A stretch of 11,465 bases of DNA from Nitrospirota bacterium (GTDB lineage: Bacteria; Nitrospirota; UBA9217). Position 1 is the first letter of the stretch; every line of letters begins with the position of its first letter. Both the position numbers and the translations under genes were made by a program. Positions 1 through 6,207 of this stretch are shown here, one piece after another. The notes below the pieces were generated by a model. The model was given only the letters and a program-made list of their open reading frames with translations. It had not been told where the DNA came from and did not search any database. The stretch is from contig JAOUEV010000086.1 of NCBI GenBank assembly GCA_029858565.1, positions 1 to 11,465 on the forward strand, given 5' to 3'.

Positions 1-30
1 AGAATAGTCGTAATCCTTGTACTTCGCCAT
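1..30 (-). CDS. 5' start of probable IS1182-family transposase (runs off the left edge)
   Basis: Minus strand reads GGGAGG RBS then ATG GCG AAG TAC AAG GAT TAC GAC TAT TCT (MAKYKDYDYS), resembling IS1182-family N-termini as I recall them. Only 10 codons are visible. Confidence 0.55.
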   Translation of the reverse strand, partial: MAKYKDYDYS

Positions 31-118
31 ACGCCTCCCGTGGGTGAGGGGTTTTGGTGCTTCAGAAGTGCGTTTCGATGGCGTCAGTATAGCATAAAAT
101 GACTTTTTCTACACCTTC
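1..118 (-). mobile_element. Left end of probable IS1182-family element, abutting the GTT of an attC site
   Basis: Minus strand GTT|GAAGGTGTAGAAAAAGTC (118-101) resembles IS1182-type terminal IRs. It is followed by an extended -10-like TGCTATACT (94-86), an RBS and the transposase-like start. Confidence 0.5.
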
Positions 119-173
119 AACACGGCGGTCACGCGCCGCCTTTCGGCGCGTCGCTGGTACCGCCAGGTTGTTA
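115..173 (-). repeat. attC site, family A
   Basis: Minus: TAACAAC-CTGGCGGTACCAGCG-ACGCGCCG-AAAGG-CGGCGCGT-GACCGCCGT-GTTGAAG. R'' overlaps the stop codon of 171..419; imperfect palindrome. Confidence 0.85.
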
Positions 174-419
174 CTTTGTCGATTTTGGAATCAGTTCCAT
201 TACCAGATCGGAAGAGCGGATTGATACGAGCCATTCTGTTTCACCTGCTTGATTAGTGCTCTCTAATTCATAGCCCAGTGTCGGATTGGTATAGATTTCT
301 ATGATCGTAGCTTTATCACCAACTTTTGGTGTTCTTTTCCCAGGTAGACACTCCTTCAGAGCAAAGGGCCTATTCAGTCGAACTATTCTTACGATGTCGT
401 ATTGATTGAAATTGTCCAT
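171..419 (-). CDS. DUF4926-like small protein (cassette gene)
   Basis: 82 aa; pattern YDIVRIVR...KVGDKATIIEIY...GYELE...GETEWL...SDL fits DUF4926 as recalled. Stop lies within the attC R'' box. Confidence 0.7.
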   Translation of the reverse strand: MDNFNQYDIVRIVRLNRPFALKECLPGKRTPKVGDKATIIEIYTNPTLGYELESTNQAGETEWLVSIRSSDLVMELIPKSTK

Positions 420-426
420 GTTGTTC

Positions 427-885
427 TTATTGAGCTTCTCTCGATTTATAAAAGCCGTTCCAACTATCGGGCTCCGGATAACTGACTTGATACTCCAGCT
501 GCTGATCTTTGGAAATCTTCCTGTACCATCTATCCCAAGTCATGAGGAATGTTTCTCCATCGCCCATTCTCCAACCAATGGAGCCATGAGGGATTGTGGG
601 GAATGCAATCCATGGTGGGTCTATTTGCTTTCCTGCTTGAATCATGCGTTGCAGACGAAACCATTTCTTTACATTGTAAGGTAACGTTAATATCGCATGA
701 AGGAAACCTGCAATGATAAATAAAAGAGTGCTGACCAAGCCCGACTGTTTGTACGTTGTAATAACCGAGTTAAGATAAAGCCCCGCCTTGGAATTTGACC
801 TTATATATCTCTTATCATTACCGCAGTGGCCGCACATGAATTGCTTATCATCCATCTCCTGGCCGCATTTTGAGCAGAGAATCAT
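427..885 (-). CDS. Zinc-ribbon + TM + 'PPW...SIGWRMG' domain hypothetical protein (cassette gene)
   Basis: CSKC/CGHC pairs at the N-terminus, one hydrophobic helix, C-terminal PPWIAFP..GSIGWRMGDGE..YPEPDSW; GAGGA RBS just after the attC. Confidence 0.8.
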   Translation of the reverse strand: MILCSKCGQEMDDKQFMCGHCGNDKRYIRSNSKAGLYLNSVITTYKQSGLVSTLLFIIAGFLHAILTLPYNVKKWFRLQRMIQAGKQIDPPWIAFPTIPHGSIGWRMGDGETFLMTWDRWYRKISKDQQLEYQVSYPEPDSWNGFYKSREAQ

Positions 886-899
886 ATGAATGTTTCCTC

Positions 900-959
900 G
901 TATAACGCGACGCTGAGTGGCGCGTTCTTCAGCGACCCTCTCGAACGTTCTGGTTAGAT
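900..959 (-). repeat. attC site, family B
   Basis: Minus: ATCTAAC (perfect RYYYAAC, overlapping the end of the TGA stop) CAGAACGTTCGAGAGGGTCGCTGAAGAACGCGCCACTCAGCGTCGC GTTATAC. Confidence 0.85.
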
Positions 960-2056
960 CATTTGGTTGATTTCAACTTGATAAGCAGGTATCTATTGTA
1001 CTTTTCGGCGTAACTTATCGCTGATTCAATGAGTTGCCTATGCCGTTCACTTTCAATATAGTCGCTTGTACCATCCAGGCATCTAATGCCGTGTTTCTGT
1101 ATTAACGCTAAATCGTCCTTTTCAATGCCGGGCGCAGAACACGAATATCCGTAAACTCCCACAAATCTCATATCTTTGTTGGTAATGCGAACATCGACAT
1201 CCTGTGTTGGGTTTTCTAAATGGAGACTTTCCATCGTCCTCTTAAGTAGTTCAATATTCGGAATTGTCATTGTCGATTGCTCTGACCAATTTGAGGAAGC
1301 CATTCCGCTCAGTGCTTCTTTTGCTGTTCGCAGATCGAAATATTCACGTATTTGTCTCCATGGAAAGAGAAGCCTGTTTGCCATAATTACAGCACCTTTC
1401 CATGTCAGTTTGAATCTCTGCTCGTTCGCATCTAGATAATAATAACCGAGTGACGCTTGAACTATAGTCTCTTTATCTAATGCACTATTGATTTCAGCTA
1501 TTGTATTAGTCAAGGAGAGGCCAACGGGATCGTTTGTTCGCTCATCATGGCGGGCAATCCAACGATGATTATCATAAAGCAATTTCAGAGAATATACGTC
1601 AGGATAGCGATAGGTCCTATTTTCTGGATTCGTATATACCCCTAGCATTGGTGAATCGCTAACATTAATCGCATATCCATCCGCGTACCTTGAGGTAATC
1701 TCATGATATCCTACAGCCTGCCCCGCCGTGTTCGTAATGGCGACAGTCGTACCGATGATCATATCTTGCTCATTGTTGAATAAACCAAAATATGTATTTG
1801 TATCAGGGGTAAAATCTATCACCGTCATATATCCGAGAAATCGAAATCCTAATGATTCAAATTCTTTTTTCGAGTCATCAATGTAACCTCTGATGGCAGG
1901 GTCTAACGCATCCGAATCAATCATCCTCACGTTCGCATGTTGCGCGACCCAGTTCTTTGACTTCACTAAGAAAGGACCGACGACCATCGGCCCGAATATA
2001 ACTACAAGCCCACCTGCCAAGAAGAACCACAGAATATATTTCACGATCTTATTCAT
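959..2056 (-). CDS. Membrane-anchored hypothetical protein, probably two-domain (cassette gene)
   Basis: Long ORF; ATG at 2056 (MNKIVKY) has GAGG 9 nt upstream; N-terminal TM helix; C-terminal GVYGY..PG..DGTSD..YAEKYN region. Confidence 0.8.
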   Translation of the reverse strand: MNKIVKYILWFFLAGGLVVIFGPMVVGPFLVKSKNWVAQHANVRMIDSDALDPAIRGYIDDSKKEFESLGFRFLGYMTVIDFTPDTNTYFGLFNNEQDMIIGTTVAITNTAGQAVGYHEITSRYADGYAINVSDSPMLGVYTNPENRTYRYPDVYSLKLLYDNHRWIARHDERTNDPVGLSLTNTIAEINSALDKETIVQASLGYYYLDANEQRFKLTWKGAVIMANRLLFPWRQIREYFDLRTAKEALSGMASSNWSEQSTMTIPNIELLKRTMESLHLENPTQDVDVRITNKDMRFVGVYGYSCSAPGIEKDDLALIQKHGIRCLDGTSDYIESERHRQLIESAISYAEKYNRYLLIKLKSTK

Positions 2057-2077
2057 TAAGGACAACCTCGTTAGGAC

Positions 2078-2136
2078 GGGTTACGTGACGCTGAGGGGCG
2101 CGTTTTTCGCGACACTCTCGAGCGCTCTGGTTGACA
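2078..2136 (-). repeat. attC site, family B, degenerate R' (GTA instead of GTT)
   Basis: Minus: TGTCAAC CAGAGCGCTCGAGAGTGTCGCGAAAAACGCGCCCCTCAGCGTCAC GTAACCC; clearly homologous to 900-959. Confidence 0.8.
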
Positions 2137-2138
2137 CA

Positions 2139-2792
2139 TTACTTTATCTGCTCAATTTTTCGCGTGTCTAAGTTTATTGCATATATATCATTTCGCTCAT
2201 TTGTGACCACTAGTTTCCCGTGCGAGATTTCAAGGGATGTGATGAAGATGTCTTGTGCGTCCTGTTCAAGTTTAGGGTTATATTTGGTTTCGTACACTTG
2301 GAGTTCCCAAAGCATATTGTTGTTCTTGATATCCCAAGCTTCAACATATCCACCGCGTTGAACTTGTTTGTCCATATTCCTGAAATGAGGCGCGATGTAC
2401 TTTATGCCTCTGTAAATAACCGGCTCGACTTCCTTCGGTTCGGCTCTCTTTGCTTTTGCCAGATGTTGCTCTGAACTCGATACAGGTTCTGCAAATGGAA
2501 GCGTCCACCTTCTGTTTGTAAGGTTGTCTATCCATAGATTTGGTGCGTGCCATATCCGTTTGCTAGTGCGATACAGTTTTAAGTCAGGATTATTTGTTTG
2601 TCGTTTGTAATTTTCAAAGTTAATTTCGACAGACGTCAATGTTCTACCCTTCCACGGCACTTCAATATCATCAAAGCCTCCATCTAAACTCATGTAATGA
2701 TAAACAGGCAATGTAAATGAAAGGAGGAAATAGCCAATGAATGCTATAACCGCAATCAAGAAGATCAGTATGTATCGAATTGTTCGATTCAC
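2139..2792 (-). CDS. Membrane-anchored hypothetical protein, probably two-domain (cassette gene)
   Basis: 217 aa, GTG start with AGGAGG upstream; N-terminal TM; beta-rich C-terminal AKRAEPKEVEPV...LEQDAQDIFI region. Confidence 0.8.
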   Translation of the reverse strand: MNRTIRYILIFLIAVIAFIGYFLLSFTLPVYHYMSLDGGFDDIEVPWKGRTLTSVEINFENYKRQTNNPDLKLYRTSKRIWHAPNLWIDNLTNRRWTLPFAEPVSSSEQHLAKAKRAEPKEVEPVIYRGIKYIAPHFRNMDKQVQRGGYVEAWDIKNNNMLWELQVYETKYNPKLEQDAQDIFITSLEISHGKLVVTNERNDIYAINLDTRKIEQIK

Positions 2793-2813
2793 TCGGGATT
2801 AAGGCCTCCTAAA

Positions 2814-2831
2814 GGTACGGCGTTGTTAACT
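2814..2831 (-). repeat. Truncated attC remnant (R'' and left arm only)
   Basis: After the TAG: AGTTAAC AACGCCGTACC, then directly TTTAGGAGG. AGTTAAC is the exact complement of the GTTAACT at this cassette's 5' end (3402-3396). Confidence 0.6.
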
Positions 2832-3368
2832 CTATGATGTCGCATGGAGCCTCGCCTTGCTAACTTGCGTAGCCATTATCCAAAGAATAATGGCAGTTGC
2901 TCCAATTCCGATAATCGAAATTGGCACTTCAAGCAAACCCCATTGCTCATGAATTTCATCTTTAATCTTTGTCCATAAGGATACAGTTGAAATGATACTT
3001 GCTATGACAGTCATTATTGCGACAATTGGTAATGTGAACTGCACATGGCGGTACTTGGAAATTAGTCTTGCCAGGGGAACATAGCCCCACCATTGAAGGA
3101 CTGACAAAATAGGCCAGAATAGATACTGCATCATGAAAAGATGGTCGGTTATATATCCAGGACTCACATAAAGGATTATCGATCTCACTAATACATATGA
3201 GGGCAGATTAAGAACAATCAATAACCAATTAAGCACATCAAAAGTCGTTGGTGTATGGCCGACATCGCGAAAATATGCTTCGTCAATAATGCAGCCATAT
3301 ATGCCAAATGCTGCTATGCAAATCGAACAGCAGATGGAGAGATTTCTTATATATTTCAGCATAGTCAT
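2832..3368 (-). CDS. Multi-pass membrane hypothetical protein (cassette gene)
   Basis: About 5 hydrophobic segments. The track start at 3422 lies inside an attC, so ATG 3368 (or 3362) is more likely. Confidence 0.75.
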   Translation of the reverse strand: MTMLKYIRNLSICCSICIAAFGIYGCIIDEAYFRDVGHTPTTFDVLNWLLIVLNLPSYVLVRSIILYVSPGYITDHLFMMQYLFWPILSVLQWWGYVPLARLISKYRHVQFTLPIVAIMTVIASIISTVSLWTKIKDEIHEQWGLLEVPISIIGIGATAIILWIMATQVSKARLHATS

Positions 3369-3395
3369 CTTTATGGAACAATTATCAACTGCCGG

Positions 3396-3452
3396 AGTTA
3401 ACGCTGCGATCATTCGCCGCAAGGCGGTTCGATGTTGACCGCTTCTTTATTA
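3396..3452 (-). repeat. attC site, family A-like, degenerate R'' (AAA instead of AAC)
   Basis: Minus: TAATAAA GAAGCGGTCAACATCGAACCGCCTTGCGGCGAATGATCGCAGC GTTAACT. Confidence 0.7.
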
Positions 3453-3983
3453 CCTTTTCGCTACCGCAATAAGATCCGCGATATCCTTATGCTGCTGTAC
3501 ATGTGCGAAGCGTGGTTCAATATTCATGACATTCTCAATAAAATTATTAGCAGCATCTAGGATGTTATTAATCATTTGAGTCTTATCAATCGATCCGAGC
3601 TCGATTACAGTCTTCTTTTCCTTGAATGGTTTGGTCACGATTAAGTCAGAAGAACCAACTGCATCTATGACTGATACTTTCGCAAAGCGGCCATCATCAA
3701 CAAATTCAATCCAGCGAGCAGGGTGCTCAATATCACGAATTACGAAGTATTTCACTTCCGAAAGGTGCACGGCCGTCTTGAGAAGAGCTTTAATCCAGTA
3801 ATATAGATCATCCTGAGGATGCATCTGCGTAGCAATTTCTTTGTCAAAATATCCGTAACTTTTATTGCCTACTCGAATTCTGAACTGACCGTAAAATCCC
3901 TCCGCCTCAAGACGATCGGTACTTACGCCGGCATATTCCTTCGATTGAGAAGTTATGGCCAAATCGATTTCAAATGTTTCCAT
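3450..3983 (-). CDS. Soluble hypothetical protein (cassette gene)
   Basis: 177 aa ORF bounded by two attC sites; no confident family. Confidence 0.75.
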   Translation of the reverse strand: METFEIDLAITSQSKEYAGVSTDRLEAEGFYGQFRIRVGNKSYGYFDKEIATQMHPQDDLYYWIKALLKTAVHLSEVKYFVIRDIEHPARWIEFVDDGRFAKVSVIDAVGSSDLIVTKPFKEKKTVIELGSIDKTQMINNILDAANNFIENVMNIEPRFAHVQQHKDIADLIAVAKR

Positions 3984-4027
3984 TGTAAATATTCCGTGCC
4001 TTATTCAAAGTCGTAGTTTTCGTTCTG

Positions 4028-4090
4028 AGATAACAACGCAGGTCACACGTCGCCTTCTGTCGCGACGCTGTGGTACCCGCCTCGTTAGAA
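4028..4090 (-). repeat. attC site, family A
   Basis: Minus: TTCTAAC GAGGCGGGTACCACAGCGTCGCGACAGAAGGCGACGTGTGACCTGCGTT GTTATCT, directly after a TGA. Confidence 0.85.
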
Positions 4091-4222
4091 TCAGTTATGC
4101 TCTGGGTCCAGCAGAACTGAAAGGAAATTCACTTCATCTCTGAAAACGACGCTTTGGTACCTACTACTGCGCAAATGCGGCATGCCGAAACAATTATCAA
4201 TTACGGCTTGAAACGTACACAT
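4091..4222 (-). pseudogene. Mini or remnant cassette (~130 bp; possible 43-aa ORF MCTFQ...PEHN)
   Basis: Short segment between two attC sites; no RBS seen; ends next to R''. Confidence 0.45.
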
Positions 4223-4278
4223 GAGCGCGACGCCGAGGGTCGCGCTTTTTAGCGAACTTTTCGAGCGTTTCATTAGGA
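4220..4278 (-). repeat. attC site, family B, both R boxes mutated
   Basis: Minus: TCCTAAT GAAACGCTCGAAAAGTTCGCTAAAAAGCGCGACCCTCGGCGTCGC GCTCATG; homologous to 900-959 but with AAT and GCT cores. Confidence 0.75.
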
Positions 4279-4767
4279 TCGCTGCTGTTTTAATACTTGG
4301 TATTTGTGCCAAACATTGTCTTCAGGTCCATTCGTTATTCGTTTGTAACACCAACCACATGGAAAAGATTCGCCACCCTTCCAATGCATGGGATATGATT
4401 TTTCGCCAGCAACAGGGTGATCTCTTTCCCATTTTGCATCTGGGGTAGATCTTTTTATAACTTCGCCAATATAAGCGCCATAAGCCGTGGCCAAACCGTT
4501 AACCGCGACAGATGCCTTATCTTTTAGGTATTGTTCATGAAATTTACTCAGCACGGCCTCTACTTGTTCTATAGATTGAACGCTGTAATCCAGTTTAATG
4601 TGATATTCTTTTTCGGCGTCCCTGACCGCTTCTGCTGCAAGATACACCATCATTTCATCTGTATTCTTGAAGTCTGTTATTTGCAGGGATTTCTTTTGTG
4701 ATTTATATATAGACAGACCGGCAATAAATACTAGTGCAACAATAACGCCTATTCCGAGAGCTTTCAT
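4273..4767 (-). CDS. Membrane-anchored DUF3806/DUF6278-like protein (cassette gene)
   Basis: GGAGG RBS; N-terminal TM; LDYSVQSIEQVE...GAYIGEVI...W...FPCGWCYKRI motif. Family assignment is tentative. Confidence 0.75.
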   Translation of the reverse strand: MKALGIGVIVALVFIAGLSIYKSQKKSLQITDFKNTDEMMVYLAAEAVRDAEKEYHIKLDYSVQSIEQVEAVLSKFHEQYLKDKASVAVNGLATAYGAYIGEVIKRSTPDAKWERDHPVAGEKSYPMHWKGGESFPCGWCYKRITNGPEDNVWHKYQVLKQQRS

Positions 4768-4799
4768 TTTACCTCCTGACTGTCAGTCAACTTACGGTC

Positions 4800-5303
4800 T
4801 TATCTTTGTTCACCGCTTGAGGTCCGCCCGTACTCTTTGCCGTTATATTGCAGCACGATGAAGGTAAAGCCATATACTGACTTAAGATCAAAGAGCCCAT
4901 TCGTTTGACTCTTCAAAATCTCAAACCCATCACTCCTCCCGCGGTAGAGAACCGTGAAATTGGAAGCGGAATCCTCTTGCAAGATCCAGTATGCGATAGC
5001 GTGAGCTCCAAAGAAGGCCTTGCAGTAAGCAGACGGCAAGACAAGATAATGATGAATCCCCCTGTTGTTTAATACAATGGGTAGCGAGCTAAAATAGGTT
5101 GCCTGATCGGTGGGGTTTAGATTTAATTCTCTTATACAGTCCTTGAAGTCAATTTCTTCGATCGTACGCATCGCAGACTGAATGCTTGGCGGAGCAATGT
5201 GCAGTTTATGGTCATCGACCAGTGGTTCGAGAGAAAAGGTTTGCGCAGACACCGGCATTGCAACGAGGAACAATAAGAAAAGCACTTTATATGTCATGTT
5301 CAA
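4800..5303 (-). CDS. Secreted hypothetical protein (cassette gene)
   Basis: Signal peptide KVLFLLFLVAMPVSA-Q; GAGGA RBS; start is TTG 5303 or ATG 5297. Confidence 0.8.
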   Translation of the reverse strand: MNMTYKVLFLLFLVAMPVSAQTFSLEPLVDDHKLHIAPPSIQSAMRTIEEIDFKDCIRELNLNPTDQATYFSSLPIVLNNRGIHHYLVLPSAYCKAFFGAHAIAYWILQEDSASNFTVLYRGRSDGFEILKSQTNGLFDLKSVYGFTFIVLQYNGKEYGRTSSGEQR

Positions 5304-5324
5304 TATTTCCTCTTCGGATCTGCG

Positions 5325-5385
5325 GACTAACCGCGCGCCTGACGCGCCGCTTTTGGCGCGTCGCAGTGGACCCGCCTCGTTAGAA
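5325..5385 (-). repeat. attC site, family A
   Basis: Minus: TTCTAAC GAGGCGGGTCCACTGCG ACGCGCC AAAAGC GGCGCGT CAGGCGCGCG GTTAGTC; shares 19 identical bp (5370-5388) with 4075-4093. Confidence 0.85.
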
Positions 5386-5425
5386 TCACATACTTTTCTT
5401 TTCTTCTGCTTCTGTGTGGAGTTCG

Positions 5426-5920
5426 CTACTGATTGATGCTGCCACGAACAATTGCTAACTCGTCGTCTGTGACGACTTCTTGAGCGAACAATGTAGGCCG
5501 ACTTGTAGCTAGGCCTGTCTTTGCTATAGGAAGATGGGCGGCACCGACATCTATCTTGTCCTTTTCTAAGTCCTTTTCATCCATCTTGATCGTAAGGTAT
5601 TTTGTCATGGCTGTTGTAGGTGGAATATTAAATCGATTCGTATAGAGCTTAATATGAACACTGAAATCATCCTGAGCGAGAACTTTGATTACCTTGTATT
5701 TGTCGCCTTCCTTTATCCAATAGAGTCCTCCATCGGTGAAGGCGGCATTGTTACGCCTGTTAATGAAATATTGAATTGCCTTGAGGATCGCCAATCCCAC
5801 GAGTAAAATCACGAGGGTGCTGATCACTATTATAAATAATGTTTTCCCTGTGACAATCTTGAACTGGACAAGCATAAAGGCAATGGCAGGTGCAACGATA
5901 TAAAAAATCCGCTCGATCAT
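5426..5920 (-). CDS. Hypothetical protein with two N-terminal TM helices (cassette gene)
   Basis: ATG 5920 with GGGAG RBS (track start 5947 is inside the attC); soluble part YKVIKVLA..VHIKLY..HLPI..VTDDEL. Confidence 0.8.
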   Translation of the reverse strand: MIERIFYIVAPAIAFMLVQFKIVTGKTLFIIVISTLVILLVGLAILKAIQYFINRRNNAAFTDGGLYWIKEGDKYKVIKVLAQDDFSVHIKLYTNRFNIPPTTAMTKYLTIKMDEKDLEKDKIDVGAAHLPIAKTGLATSRPTLFAQEVVTDDELAIVRGSINQ

Positions 5921-5938
5921 ATTCTCCCTTCCTCTTAA

Positions 5939-5997
5939 AACCAACACGGCGCTGACGCGCCGACCTTGGCGCGTCGCTGTCGAGCGCCAAGTTAACT
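5939..5997 (-). repeat. attC site, family A (best preserved)
   Basis: Minus: AGTTAAC TTGGCGCTCGACAGCG ACGCGCC AAGGTC GGCGCGT CAGCGCCGT GTTGGTT. Confidence 0.9.
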
Positions 5998-6004
5998 GTC
6001 GTGA

Positions 6005-6127
6005 TTAGAAATTGATTGCTGCCTCAGTTCTTTTTGAGTAATCCTCTTCGTCTGTTTTCAAAATCAGATTAATGACCGTTTTGCAATCATTTATATCAAT
6101 CGTATACACCTTTTTAAATAAGAACAA
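6005..6127 (-). pseudogene. 5'-truncated remnant of the first cassette gene
   Basis: AT-rich open frame LFLFKKVYTIDINDCK...TEAAINF* stops 7 bp before the attC R''; upstream the sequence switches to GC-rich. Confidence 0.5.
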
Positions 6128-6151
6128 CGACCGTTTTTCAGGGAACCGCGA

Positions 6152-6175
6152 GGGTCAGGTCCTGCGGTATGACAT
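6152..6175 (+). repeat. GGGTCAG-N11-TGACAT motif (possible REP-like or mobile-element end)
   Basis: GGGTCAGGTCCTGCGGTATGACAT; related copy at 7554-7576; both lie just downstream of a module's last stop codon. Confidence 0.5.
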
Positions 6176-6185
6176 CCCCCGCAAA

Positions 6186-6207
6186 CCTACTTCAACCCTA
6201 CTTCAAC
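6186..6207. repeat. 11-bp perfect tandem duplication CCTACTTCAAC x2
   Basis: 6186-6196 and 6197-6207; includes the stop codon of 6198..6884. Confidence 0.9.

Noticed and set aside
2066-2077. CCTAACGAGG as an additional attC R'' remnant
   Set aside because: It matches the family A start for only ~9 bp and is adequately explained as the RBS of ATG 2056.
4091-4312. 73-aa ORF as annotated in the track
   Set aside because: It starts inside the upstream gene and reads through an attC; only the part from 4222 could be a cassette ORF.
406-5436. Short plus-strand ORFs within the array
   Set aside because: They overlap better-supported minus-strand genes or attC sites and show no recognisable motifs.
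115-5997. CRISPR array or simple terminators as the explanation of the intergenic hairpins
   Set aside because: The repeats are separated by whole genes, are diverged, carry AAC/GTT ends and lack U-tracts; attC fits better.
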